Source: Carcharhinus longimanus
Taxonomy: Eukaryota
NCBI GenBank assembly: GCA_030264375.1
Contig: JASCQW010000122.1
Location: 27,226,859-27,290,858 of the forward strand
Length of the DNA stretch: 64,000 nucleotides
Direction of reading: 5' to 3'
Of this stretch, positions 1-12,599 are shown in pieces. A program made the translations under genes and the position numbers. The notes beneath the pieces were generated by a model. That model did no database searches, was not told the origin of the DNA, and was given only the letters and a program-made list of their open reading frames with translations. Numbering within the stretch: position 1 is the first letter of the stretch; the number at the start of each line of letters is the position of its first letter.

Positions 1-1825
1 TTAGAATAACATGAAAACACACACCAGTGAATGAATTCACAGCCATCTTTGAAGGTAGTACAAACCCGGAGTATATTCCCAGATATTCAGTAATCTTTAA
101 AATAAATGGACCTCTCTTCTTCCTTCAAGTGAAAATTTGTATTCTTTTTTGATTTGTGCTTCATTGCATGGAAATTCCACAAGGATTCTAATGATGTCCC
201 AGAGTAATTCCAGTCGGAGACCAGTGGAAATTCCAGGCAATTTTAAACAGTTATTTGCACCATTTCCTTGGGAGATCCACCTGCCTTGTTCTAGCAGGAG
301 GATTTCCGGGCCCATTCTTCACCGTACTCAGCACGGTGATTAGCACGTTTTGTCACTGTGAGATTTGGAGACAGAATTTGATGATGCAAGACCATTTTTT
401 TTTAAATCAGAAAATAACAATAAATTAGAATTTGATGTCTCTTGTTCTGATGCCAGGGTGTAATTTATAATTTGAATTTTGCACCAGTCGATCTACACTT
501 TCCTCTTTACCCATTTGTACCTAGCATATCTTGGATCAATAATAGACAGCAAACTTATAGGGATCACAATAATTGCCTCTTCCTTGTGGCAATATTATTT
601 TTATTGTTTCACTTCCCATCTTTTAGATTAACGTAAAAGAAAAAAAATCACGAGCTTGAAGATGAATGAGATTCTGAGTTATTCACCTGCTGCAGAGAAG
701 TAAATTTGCACATAATTGCATGTATTGTGAATATTTTTGTGTCAATACATACAATTAATATTTTACTGAATGTAATATGTCTTCATTGTTTTTCAGCATC
801 TGTGCATTTGTGACTCATTTTTGACTCATTGAAATTTACATTGTTAAAACCAGATGAACTGCCATTCCTCCTGATAAGGCCAAGTTATTTTCTATGGGAG
901 TTATCTCTTTCACTTTTTACATAGTAGCTGCATTCTCAACTACTATGGCCTGGAAATCCACGATGGTGCCATACTTCATTACTCCTGACGGGTCTTAACT
1001 TTTGTCTGGTGTTGCAAATATTTAATTCATGGTTTCATGTTAATATTTCAGAGGCAACATTTAGTTCTGAAAGATTATTGTTGTAAAGGTAAGGACATTA
1101 AAATGTTGGGCTTTAGTGATTTCAAGACATCTAAAGAAACAGTTCAAAAGTTTATCATTGTTAGAACCATTAAAAGCAGTTGGGATTGCTTAGCTGAAGA
1201 AATTGTAAATGAGGACAGAAAACACTGGATAAACTCAACAGATCTGGCAGCATCTGTGGCGAGAGAAACAACTGTTATTGCTTTGTGTCCAATGATCCTT
1301 TTACAGCATCTGCAGTATTTTGCTTTTTGTTGTAAATGAGGTTTGATAAGCTGAAAGGTCAGTTTGAGGATAGCCCAGAATAGATTGGGTCATTGTGGAG
1401 CTAACAAAGGTTTCAGTTTAGAACATAGAACAGTTCTGCACAGGAACAGGCCCTTCAGGCCACAATGTTGTACTCAACATGATACCAAATTAAACTAATC
1501 CCTTCTTCCTGGCCTTGGTCCATATCCCTCTATTCCTTGCATATTCATGTGCTTATCCAGAAGCCCCTAACATATCTCCTGCACCACCAGCCTTAGCAGT
1601 ACGTTCCAGATATCTACCACTCATATCCTTCACATATCCTTTGAACTTCCCCCTCTCACCTTAAGTGCACGCCTCCTAGTATTGGACTTTTCAACTCTGG
1701 GAAAAAGATTCTGACTGTCAACCCCATCTATGCCTTTCAATTTTATAAGCTTCTATGAGGTCTCCCCTCGGCCTATGCTGCTCCAGAAAAACAACCCTAG
1801 TTTGTCCAGCCTCTTCCTATAGTTC

Positions 1826-2040
1826 AATAAAAGTAAATTTCTGCAGATGCTGGAATCTAAAACCAAAAGAGAAAATGCTGGAAAATCTCAACAGGCCTGG
1901 CAGCATCTGTAAGGAGAGACAAGAGCTGATGTTGAGCCCAGATGACTCTTTGTCAAAGCTAAAAGGCGTAGAAAAGGGGGAGATATTTATACTGCAGGGT
2001 GAAGGAGTGAAAGATGAGTCATAGCCACAGAAACCAGGGA
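1826..2040. mobile_element. Penelope-like element terminal fragment
   Basis: ctgcagatgctggaatctaaaaccaaaagagaaaatgctggaaaatctcaacaggcctggcagcatctg is the same family as the terminus attached to the GIY-YIG ORF at 47460-48480. Confidence 0.7.
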
Positions 2041-2056
2041 AACCAGCTAACATCTT

Positions 2057-2302
2057 TCATTCCTGGCTTGGGTCACTGTTCAGAGTTTGCATGATCTCCC
2101 CACATCTGCATGGGTTTGCTCCAAGTGCTCTGGTTTTCTTCTACAGTCTGAAAGACATGCTGGTTAGGTGTATTGGCCATGCTAAATTCTCCCTCAGTGT
2201 GTATGAATAGGTGCCAGTATGGCGTGACTAAGGGATTTTCACAGTAACTTCATTGCAGTGTTAATGTAAGCCTACTTGTGCCACTAATAAATAAACTTTA
2301 AA
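2057..2302 (+). mobile_element. tRNA-derived SINE (tail type B), 5'-truncated
   Basis: SINE body shared with other copies. Ends ...gtaagcctacttgtgccactaataaataaacttt. Confidence 0.85.
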
Positions 2303-2879
2303 CCAAAGCAGCATCCTGGTAAACCTCTTCTGCACCCTCTCCAAAGCCACCACATCCTTCTTGTAATGTGGCGACCAGAATTGAACGCAATACTCTAAGT
2401 GTGGCCTTACTAAAATTTTATAAAGCTGCAACATGACATCCTGACTCTTGCAATCAATGCCCCTCAACCAATAAATGCAAGCATGCCATTCGTATTCCTT
2501 ACCACCATAGCTACTTGTGCAGCCACTTGCAGGCAGCTATGAGCTTGAACCCCAAGATCCCACTGTCCATCAATGCTGTTCAGGGTCCTGCCATTAATTG
2601 TATACTTCCCCTCACGTTTGACCTCCTAAAGTACAGCACCTCAGGTTACTTCTTCAAAGAACTCCAATAAATTGGTTGAACATGATTTCCCTTTCACAAA
2701 ATCTTGAGTTTATGCTGCCTGATTAACTTGAATGTATCCAAATGCCCTGCTAGAATATCTTTAATAATAGCTTCTAACATTTTCTTTTTCTATTTAAGAC
2801 TGTTATACACAATAAAGTTTAGTATGTTTAAAATAGTGAAATCATGTGGCATTGTTCTGTTGGTTAAAACAAAGCATAC

Positions 2880-5415
2880 AACTTCCTAACAGTAGGATGG
2901 ACTACAAATGAGAAAAAAATGGTAGATTGTCAGAAAGGTACAACGATAATTATGAGAAATTTTAATTTACATATAGACTGGAAAAATCAAACGAACAAAG
3001 GGAGCCTTGATGAGGAATTTTTGGAATGTTTTCAGGATACTTTCTTAGAACAGCAAATTCAGGTGTCAACAGAGAAGAGGCTATACTAGATCTGGTATTG
3101 TGCAATGAGATAGGATTAATTGACAATCTCAGAGTGAATCTTGTGAGGAACAGGAGCTGGAAGATTACCAAGTTTAAGGCTAGTGCGAGAATTGAAGTAG
3201 GCCTCGTAATGTCTTCAGCAAAGAAAGTAACCAGAGAAGCTTGAAAGTATTGGAAAAATAACTTGAAAAGGGGGCTTGCACAGGGCCTATTGGGGAAAAC
3301 AAAAGCAGTAATCATAATGTAACTGAATTTAACATTATTTGAGACAGAGAAGTGAGTATAAGACTAATATTTTAAACTTAAATACGGGAAATTATGAAGG
3401 GATGAAAGCATAGTCAGCTACAGTGAAATGAAAATTAGGATAAGCAATAGGTCGATAGAGGTGCAGTAGTCAACATTTAAAGGGATATTTCCGAATACAC
3501 AGAATTGATACACTCCAATGAGAAAAAGTTTCAAAGGGGAGGACCTATCATATATGGTTAATTAAGTTGAAGATAGTATCAAACTTAATGAAAGGACGCA
3601 TCATTGCGCGAGGAAAGGTGGCAGATCAGAAAATTGGACAGAATATCATAAAATGAATGACTAAAAGATTAATGAGGAGAGGAACATTATATTTCTAGCT
3701 GGCTTTCTCTCATACTTTTGATAGACATTTCCTATAGATATTTTAGAAAGAGAGGAGTTAACAAAGTGAGCTTTGGTCCTACAAAAAGTGAGGCTGTGGA
3801 ATTAATAATAAAAAAACGAGATGGCAAATGAATTGAACAGGTATTTTGCATTCACTCTAGAGGATACAGTAACATCCCAGACATAGCTCTAAATCAGGAA
3901 ATGCAAGGGAGGGAGGAACTCAGGGAAAATAACAATTACCAGGGAAGTGGTACCAAACAAATTGTTAGATCTGTCTAAGAAGTCCTTGGGTCCTGGTGGA
4001 CTTCATCCAGTCTTAATGTAAGCAGCTAGTGAGAGAATTGATGCTTTGATTTTAATTTTCCAAAATATCAAATTTAACTCCTTTATTCAAAAGGGGAAAG
4101 AAATAGAAAGCAGGAAACTACCTTAACATCTGTCGTAGGGAAAATGTTAAAGCAGACATTATAACTGAGCACTTAGATACTTTCAAGGTAATCAGGCAGA
4201 GTAAACGCAACATAGTTTTGTGAAAGGGAAATCACGTTTGACCAATTTTTTGCAGTTCTTTGAAGAATAACAAGTGCTGTGGGTAAAGGGGAACCAGTGA
4301 ATGTACTTGACTTAGATTTCCATCAAGCTTTTGTTAAGGTACCTGATCAAACTATGACGTAGTGGGTAACACATTGGAATAGATAATAGATTAGCTAGCT
4401 TAACAGGAAATGGAGAGTAGGTATAAATACATCATTTTCTGTTTGGCAAGATGCAAGAAGTAGTGTGCCACAGAGATCAGTGCAGGAACTTCAGTGGTTT
4501 GCAATTTATATAAATGAGTTGGATGAAGGCATCAGAGATATGGTTTCTAAATTTGCTAAGTTGTGAAGCAGACATAAAGAAGTTATAAAGAGACCAGTTA
4601 AGAGAATGAGCAAAGATCTGGATAATGGAATATAATGTAGGAAAATGTGAAATTGTCCCTTCAAGCAAAAAGAATTTTAAAAAGCAGGTTATTACATGGT
4701 GAGAGATTGCTAAACTCTGAGATGCAAAGGAATCTGGGTGCCCTAGTGCATGAATCACATAAGGTTTGTTTCCGGATGCAACAAGTAATTAGAAAAGCTT
4801 ATAGAATCTTACTGTTTATTGCAAGGGGGATCAAATACCAAAGTAGGGAGGTTTTGCTTCCAGGAAATACTGGGAAATGGTGCTATCAGATCTGTAGTAC
4901 TGTACACATTATTGGTCTCCTTATTTAAAGAAAGTGTAAATGCATTGAATCAGTTCAGAGACGTTTACTAGACTAATACCTTGTTTGGGTGGGTTCTCTT
5001 ATGAGGAATGGTTGGACTGGCTAGACTTATATTCACTGAAGTTTAGAAGAGCAAGAGGCAACTTGACTGAAACATAAGATCCTGAGGGGTCTTGACAGGG
5101 AAATAATATTTCCTCTTTTGGTGAAGCCAGAACTAGGGCTCTGTTTAAAAATAAGGGATTGTCTATTTAAGGCAGAGATGAGGAGAATCTTTTCTCTGAG
5201 GTTCAGGAATATTTGGAACAGTCTTCCTCAGAGGGCAATGGAAGTCAAATCAAGCAGAGGTAGATAAAATCTTGATAAACAAGGGGATGAAATGTTATCG
5301 GAGGTAAACAGCAATGTAGAGTTGAGCTATGAGCATGAGCGTCCTAATGAATGATGAAGCGAGCTTGAGAAATGGAGTGGCCTACATGAGCTCCTAATGC
5401 ACATGTCAATATGTA
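2880..5415 (+). mobile_element. Degenerate CR1 LINE (endonuclease C-terminus through RT to 3' tail)
   Basis: Fragments REEAILDLVLCNE and RNLGALVHESHKV..QQVIRKA..IARGIKYQSRE, with a CR1-like 3' end at about 5340-5415. Many stops and frameshifts. Confidence 0.85.
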
Positions 5416-5424
5416 TGTTTGTAA

Positions 5425-5590
5425 AAACTTGGCAGTTACCTGTTCCCTGGTGTATTTCATGGCAATACCTCTACCATAATCCATTTTCCAACCAATCAGC
5501 ACTCTCTTCTCATGCAGCATAAATTGTTATTCCTTTACTATTGGTATTTTTGCCAGTGCAAGATGAAAAGTTTTAACAGCATCTCTCTTT
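5425..5590 (+). mobile_element. Penelope-like 3' terminal fragment
   Basis: Aligns by eye with 54330-54475, which follows a degenerate GIY-YIG region. Confidence 0.6.
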
Positions 5591-5619
5591 GTTCAGCTGT
5601 ACAAAAGTTCTATACTTCC

Positions 5620-8330
5620 AAACAGTGATTCATTTCTTTATAAATCCAACTTGGTTTCCTATTCCTAAGGATACATCCTTTCTTGACCTGACCTTTCAGA
5701 ACTTGGGGAAGGAGTCTAAGGAGAAATTTTCTCCAACAAAAAATTATTTTTGCCTTGGCCTACAATTGAATTTTCCACTTCATAGGACATGTCTGTCAGA
5801 TTTTGACTTGGATCTGAACTGGTTTCAGCACACCTTGTGTTGCAGAAACTGTTGGTATATTACTTGTATCCCAAATATCCAATTCAGACTTCATCATAAA
5901 CCAAAAGCAAAATATGATCTATATAAATAAACCTAAACTTTCCACCAAACTTCTTGACCAAATATGTGCCAGGATCACATGTTTTGATTATTCTTCCTAG
6001 TAACCACTTCTGATGATGATCTTTCACTCTGCCATGATCATGGCTCTTTTTCCATTTGGATTCTTCCTCTTCTACTGACTGTACCAGATATGACTTCAGC
6101 AATGAAAACCTCGTTCTTATAGCCCGAGAAAGAATTTGGTTGACTTTGTGCTCGTAGTTTGAAGTGTTATGATGTGGCAATTTGACATTTATTCCAATTT
6201 GTATCCATCTAGCATTTGCTTAACAGACTTAGTGCACTTGGCTGCTCCATTAGAACAAAATGATATGGTGGGACTCTGTTTTACCCTGTTCATATTAATG
6301 AGCTTTACAGTGAATTTTGAAAATTCTTCGGCACAAAACTGTGTTGTCACACAGTTTCCTCTGGGAAGTCATTGGCAATAAAACTGTGCAAAATAAAGAG
6401 CTTTGCTTGTTGTTCAATTCATCAAGGATCTCTCAACTCACTTTGAATGGCTATTATAATGCATAGCTGATGCCTTTAAATTCTGCAAAGTCCTTGTGCA
6501 GCCATTGCCACACTCTAGCTAGTCATTTCCATGGTTGCTTCTTTTTTAGAGTTTGATGTGCTCCATGCTGTTTCATAGGTAAGGGTATAAGGGCGCATAA
6601 TTTTACTAACTATGGCCACCAAAGATAGCTTCTCACTGGACTAGTCAAGCTCATCCTCAAGTATTGATCATGAAAATCACATAGTAACTGTGATCTGAAC
6701 CTTTCAGGAATGATAACTCTGGCTCCCTACATGGCATAATCTTTATCAACTGACAATTTGTGCTTACACATTTCTAAACCTCTATAGGCCATTCATTTAT
6801 AAAATGGTCATTTACCTTGCCAATACGGGTCCTTATGAGTTATTCCACCAATGTCACCTACAGTGGCTGGCAATTCATCCATGTGTGAAAAGAAAAATAT
6901 GTTCTCCATTAGGCTCTACCACTGACAGCAATGGTGATTTAAACATCGAATTGCCATTGCAATGATCTTCCAATCATTTGTACTTATGTTGTACTAATGA
7001 GCAGACAAAATTAAAACTTATTTCTGCATTTGAGATATAGCAAAAGTATATTCTGGAGACTTTGGATTCAAAATAGCTATCAGTGGCTATGACCATAGAA
7101 ATGTTTATGAAATCTTCTTTCTCTACAAATCAAAGTCAATACTTCACATTCTATCAGAGGTTCATTTTGCTCACTGGCACTGAGGGTGTGCAAAGCAAAT
7201 GCAATCTATTTCTCTTCACCATTATCCAACATGAGATATTGCAGCACCTATTCTGTATGAAGAGATATCACAAACTAACTTAATCCCTTAGGACAAATTG
7301 TAATGTAAAAGCTACCAATTTACTTTCATACAATGTAAAGTATATTTATTAGTCACAAGTAGGCTTACATTAACACTGCAATGAAGTTACATGAAAATCC
7401 CCTAGTCGCCACACTGCAGTGCCTGTTCGGGTACACTGGGGAAGAATTTAGCATGGCCAATGCAACTAACCGGCATATCTTTTGCACTGTGGGAGGAAAC
7501 CAAAGTACTCAGAGGAAAGGCAAGCAGACATGGAGAGAACGTGCAAACTCCGCACAGACATCGGCCCAAGCCGGGAAACAAACCTGGGTCCCTGGTGCTG
7601 TGAGGCAGCAGTACTAACCACTGTGCCACCCTCAATGGAATGCCTTGTCACACATGCTTGTCCAATTCCATGGAATACTCTTCTTCAAAGATGCAGTAAT
7701 GTTGCCAAATTTTGGTATGAATTTTCTGTGGTAATTGACTATGTTAAAAAAAACGCTACTTGGGACTACAATTGCCCTGCAAATTTCCATTGAATATCAT
7801 TGTGCTTTGGATCGTATGGGCTTCACTGACAAATGTGAGTGGTTGCCTCAACAACTGTGTGCAGTGACTAGTGCATCCACCAGCCAGTGTTTTCCCATTG
7901 ACATTATTTCAACGTGCCTTGGCAAAATGACCCTTCTTCTTGCTGCTGTAGCACCCTGCCTTCATAAATGGACAACTCCTGTGCCCAATATTGGTCTAAG
8001 CACTGGTAACATGGAATTTTGTTAACTCTGACTTCTGGTGAGTTATGTTCTGCCATGTCTATGGACAATGCTGTTTAGTAAGACAAGTCAAAAATTAACT
8101 TGGCATCATCAGCAACTTACTGAATGCTTTCATTTTTTAAGCCATGCGCATTTGTCTTTCCTGAAATTCTCCAAAATTACAATGAATGGATAACTTTCTC
8201 CAATGTCCACAATGGAAAACTGATTCTTTATTCCAAAACAATAGCTTTTAGCTATTTCCAATGGTTTTGGGCTATCGTGCTGCTCAAATTTACACAACAG
8301 CAGCAGCATATCTTTTGGCTTTGCTCGGCA
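5620..8330 (-). mobile_element. Degenerate Gypsy LTR-retrotransposon internal region, split by a SINE at 7338-7631
   Basis: Minus-strand remnants: integrase-like ...VRSYLWWP (about 6612-6640), C-terminal KWLLGRIIKTCDPGTYLVK, and a degenerate gag zinc-knuckle-like region at about 7900-8010. Confidence 0.65.
7338..7631 (-). mobile_element. tRNA-derived SINE (tail type B), full length
   Basis: Head gggtggcacagtggttagtactgctgcctcacagcaccagggacccaggtttg (A/B-box-like). Tail gtaagcctacttgtgactaataaata. Confidence 0.9.
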
Positions 8331-9699
8331 CAGTGAGTAGTCTCACAACATCAGGTTAAAGTCCAACAGGTTTATTTGGTAGCACGTTATGGCTTTACTC
8401 GGGAAAGCAAATTCTAGAGTGTTTCAAAAACTTCTAGNNNNNNNNNNNNNNNNNNNNNNNNNNNNNNNNNNNNNNNNNNNNNNNNNNNNNNNNNNNNNNG
8501 TCAGGAATATTAAGGATATTATTAGCAGTGAAATACTTTAGCCGTTTCACATAAGCACTGCAAGAGTCTCAGTCATGACTATGTTCTCCCATCACCCAAT
8601 AATACCCATTGATACAGCTATCTTTGGAGGTCAGTATACCCAGGTGTACAAATAGCCTTTTCACTGGATTTTTAAAAACTATTTCTCAGCAAAATAAAGG
8701 AAACTCACCGTTCCTCTGGTGGTTTGCTGAAAACTTCTCCAACTCAAATTTGTTAGGCCAGGAATATCCACAATCGCACCTCATTACTAGACTGTGAAAA
8801 CTTTGCAGAACAGAAAAGGTATAAAATTGCAGCCTGTAGTGTTATATTGTATTTTTTAGCTGCAGTCATTTACTAGTCCTAGAAAGCAATAGTTCAATAG
8901 GTAATCTCAGGCCTATAGACTTGTCTTTACAATGCCATCACAGTTCAAATGTGACTCCACTATGACATCAATGAGAAGTGGATTATGTTAATTGTACACT
9001 AATAATTGAGAGCTTAATTATATTCAGNNNNNNNNNNNNNNNNNNNNNNNNNNNNNNNNNNNNNNNNNNNNNNNNNNNNNNNNNNNNNNNNNNNNNNNNN
9101 NNNNNNNNNNNNNNNNNNNNNNNNNNNNNNNNNNNNNNNNNNNNNNNNNNNNNNNNNNNNNNNNNNNNNNNNNNNNNNNNNNNNNNNNNNNNNNNNNNNN
9201 NNNNNNNNNNNNNNNNNNNNNNNNNNNNNNNNNNNNNNNNNNNNNNNNNNNNNNNNNNNNNNNNNNNNNNNNNNNNNNNNNNNNNNNNNNNNNNNNNNNN
9301 NNNNNNNNNNNNNNNNNNNNNNNNNNNNNNNNNNNNNNNNNNNNNNNNNNNNNNNNNNNNNNNNNNNNNNNNNNNNNNNNNNNNNNNNNNNNNNNNNNNN
9401 NNNNNNNNNNNNNNNNNNNNNNNNNNNNNNNNNNNNNNNNNNNNNNNNNNNNNNNNNNNNNNNNNNNNNNNNNNNNNNNNNNNNNNNNNNNNNNNNNNNN
9501 NNNNNNNNNNNNNNNNNNNNNNNNNNNNNNNNNNNNNNNNNNNNNNNNNNNNNNNNNNNNNNNNNNNNNNNNNNNNNNNNNNNNNNNNNNNNNNNNNNNN
9601 NNNNNNNNNNNNNNNNNNNNNNNNNNNNNNNNNNNNNNNNNNNNNNNNNNNNNNNNNNNNNNNNNNNNNNNNNNNNNNNNNNNNNNNNNNNNNNNNNNN

Positions 9700-9810
9700 G
9701 GTAAGTGGAGCTGAGTCCACAAAAAGATCAGCCATGATCTTATTGAATGGCAGAGCAGGCTCGAGGGGCCAGATGGCCCACTCCTGCTCCTAGTTTTAAT
9801 GTTTATGGTT
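9700..9810 (+). mobile_element. CR1 3' tail
   Basis: gatcagccatgatcttattgaatggcagagcaggctcgaggggccagatggcccactcctgctcct directly after an N gap. Confidence 0.75.
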
Positions 9811-10077
9811 TTATTTATTCTCACCAACAACAAACCAAGAAGTAAAAGCCACTGAATTTCTTCACTTTTTAATTACATTGGATAACGAGTGAAATAAAGA
9901 GCACTTACATGAGTTTAAGATACAAGCTGACATCATGATTTTTTTTAAAAATTACTTTAAGATGTGAATTTTAAAAATATTCATGGAGAAAGGTGACATC
10001 CCATGAATATAAAATTAGTTTTTCAGGAAAACAAGGCTGTCCATCAGTAACAATGAATGGTGAATCATTAAAAACAT

Positions 10078-10208
10078 GGGGCAGAATCTTCCCATCTCCA
10101 CCCACTACGGCAATCATAGCAGGTGGGACGCAAACCATGCAAAGGTCTGTTGACCTGGGATGGGATTTTCTGGCCTTGGATTGAGTACAGCTGGAAAATC
10201 CAACCCCT
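10078..10208. mobile_element. Short MITE-like element with imperfect terminal inverted repeats
   Basis: ggggcagaatcttcc...ggaaaatccaacccc. Related copies at about 59275-59400 and 60045-60180. Confidence 0.55.
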
Positions 10209-10276
10209 AGTTACATCTTATTCAACAAGGTGTGTAACTTTTTCTGAGGTGTTTCCAGAGAGTCCCAGAGCATCTT

Positions 10277-10460
10277 GCCTAGGCCCTATCCCCGTAACCC
10301 CACACATTTACAATGGCTAATTCCCATAATTTGCACGTCTTGGAATTGTGGAAGGAAACCAGAGAGACACTGGAACATGCACGTAGACACTCACCCAAGG
10401 TTGGAATCAAACTATGGTCCCTGGCACTGTGAGGCAGCAGTGCTAACTACTGTGCCACCA
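10277..10460 (-). mobile_element. tRNA-derived SINE, internally deleted
   Basis: Reverse-complement head ...cactgtgaggcagcagtgctaactactgtgccacc. Confidence 0.8.
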
Positions 10461-10761
10461 TATGCTTCCCTTATTAATGATGGCAATATCTAAACCTATC
10501 TACTCCTGAGGATATGATCTGGGGTATGATTCTCAAGGCTCAGCTACATTCATAAAGTGAGGTTTACCATTAGGCACGAGTTCTTTAAGCTTTTGTGATA
10601 GAATGTAAGAAAATTTTAAAAACATGAGAAAGCCAGCAAGCCAGTTCCTTTTTGATCAATGGCCCTCATCCACCCAACTGAGTCATTGTCCTCAATCGCT
10701 CCTCTCCTAAAAAACTCTGCTCGTATTTCATCAACTATTTATACTGTCATCTATAGTGCCA

Positions 10762-11040
10762 TGATGTGGAGATACTGGCATTGCACTGGGGTGGGCACAG
10801 TATGAAGTCTCACAACACCAGGTTAAAGTCCTTTTATTTGGTTTATTTAGAATCACAAAAGCTTGGGATTCCAAATAAACCTGTTGGAATTTAACCTGGC
10901 ATTGTGAGACTTCTTACTGTGTCTATCTACAATAAAAAGTCTGACAACACCAGGTTTTAGTCCAACCTATTTACTAAAACCTGGTGTTGTCAGACTTTTT
11001 ACTGTGTTTACGCCAGTCCAACGCCGGCATACCCACATCA
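10762..11040. repeat. Compound palindrome built from Penelope-like terminal sequence
   Basis: Perfect 29-bp inverted repeat 10933-10961/10973-11001 with an 11-nt loop. Imperfect hairpin at about 10797-10921. Outer arms 10762-10802 and 11000-11040. Confidence 0.8.
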
Positions 11041-12507
11041 GGTATAGAGGAGCAGGCGAAAACTGCGATTGTTGGATTGGTGATGAATTGTGTATATAAA
11101 GCTTGTAAGTATATGAAAAGACAGCACTCCAAAAGTTCTATCCTTCAGTGACTGTCTGCATCATAACAGTTTAGTCTTTCTTATGGTAACAGCAGCCAAA
11201 GATTATGATGAGGTAATAATCTTCAGTAACATTTTTTGTTGCTGTCATTCTCTGAAAACTGGAGTAGCCCAAAGAAGGCCCACCATTCTGAAATTTGTAA
11301 CTACGTACCATTCCATTCACAACACATCAAACTCAGAAAACTATATCAGATAGTAGCCTTGGTTAATTTTTTTGAAATTATTTACAAGATTTTATAATGC
11401 CTGGATTTTAGGGGTCAGTGGCAAAGCAAGGGTGCTGCCCATTGATCTGAGAGAGAGCCTGACTGAAAGATCTATCAATCAGACTTCAACTCTCTTGTTG
11501 TGCAGTTGATTGTAATGTTCTTTAACATGGAATCCCAGCATGAAGTTATATTGATGTCAACAAGCTGTCCAAGCAGCCAACTACATGAAAGAATTCTCAC
11601 AGACAGCTAGTCAGGAAATGGCAAGCACTAAAATCAAACAACTTAATTAAAAATAAGTGTACTGCAAAAAGAAGATTGGAACATAAAGTAATAACTGAAA
11701 TTTTTAAATAACTTCTGATAAAAATCTAGTAATTAATCAAAATGGAGATATTGAACAACATACCACAATTTCAAAACAAGATCGATTTTCAGCAATCATC
11801 ATTCTTCAGGTCACTGTTAAAAACCAAGTTACACCTCATTGAAAAGATGAAAAATGTTCACTGGGGTCACCAATAACGATCTAAGAGAAGAAAGGACAAG
11901 TTCGCACCACATCAACTGATTTCACTGATTGCTGGGCTGAAGGAAAGGGAATCCACAGCACAGTCTGTGATGAAGCAGTGAATAACAGAAATACACAACT
12001 ACATGTTCACGATTTTCATGTCAATCCTTGATTGTGCTGAATCCTGAAGTTGCAGTCAAACTCAGAAGTAAAGACAACAGTTTGAAATTCTGAGCCAATA
12101 TTTCAGTGCATTGATCTTGGAGTAGCCGAGAGTAAAAACAAATATTCCAAAGAAAATAATAGGACAAGCATAATAATGGTCAATTATTACCATTGATAAG
12201 TTGATTATTAGTATATCTGAACATTACAATATGCATTTGTTTCATTACATGCCAAATCTCAATTTAATAAATGGAAAACTTTCACTTGATATAATGAGTT
12301 TTTAAGCATAACTCTAGGCCCTACTTTGTTCCATTAGTGACTAATGGTACTCATTCCTTTGTCCGCTGACATCAGTGATGGAAGATTATAGCCTGGTTAA
12401 TGGCAATTAGCAGGCGTTATGGAAAAACTACTTCCTATTGTGACTCTTGACCGCAAACCAGATTTTCTTTTCCCTCTTTGGTGAGCCCAATACTATAATA
12501 ACAAACA

Positions 12508-12599
12508 ATAACATCATTTTTGGAGAGCATTATGGTCATTACTAACCTGAACACCTAAGGACCAGTAATGACCATAATGCTCAAACGAAATGATGTTAT
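12508..12599. repeat. Hairpin element (Eulor-like architecture)
   Basis: Perfect 19-bp arms 12525-12543/12564-12582 plus outer 12-bp arms ataacatcattt/aaatgatgttat. The family assignment is a tentative recollection. Confidence 0.7.

Larger units (their letters stand above)
1420..2640 (-). mobile_element. CR1-type LINE 3' portion, interrupted at about 1822-2300 by a Penelope-like terminal fragment and a SINE
   Basis: The minus ORF 2261-2467 encodes the CR1 RT C-terminus ([41 protein letters not shown]). The CR1 tail tagaacatagaac lies at about 1420, and the CR1 sequence resumes after the insert. Confidence 0.85.

Noticed and set aside
165-310. Cluster of ggaaattcc/ggatttcc NF-kB-like motifs
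   Set aside because: Short motifs in probably repeat-derived sequence, with no independent support.
8978-9833. Long ORFs in the track spanning N runs (also at 15223-15516, 16393-16939, 18557-19130, 29658-30267 and 36601-36864)
   Set aside because: They are open only because N codons contain no stops.
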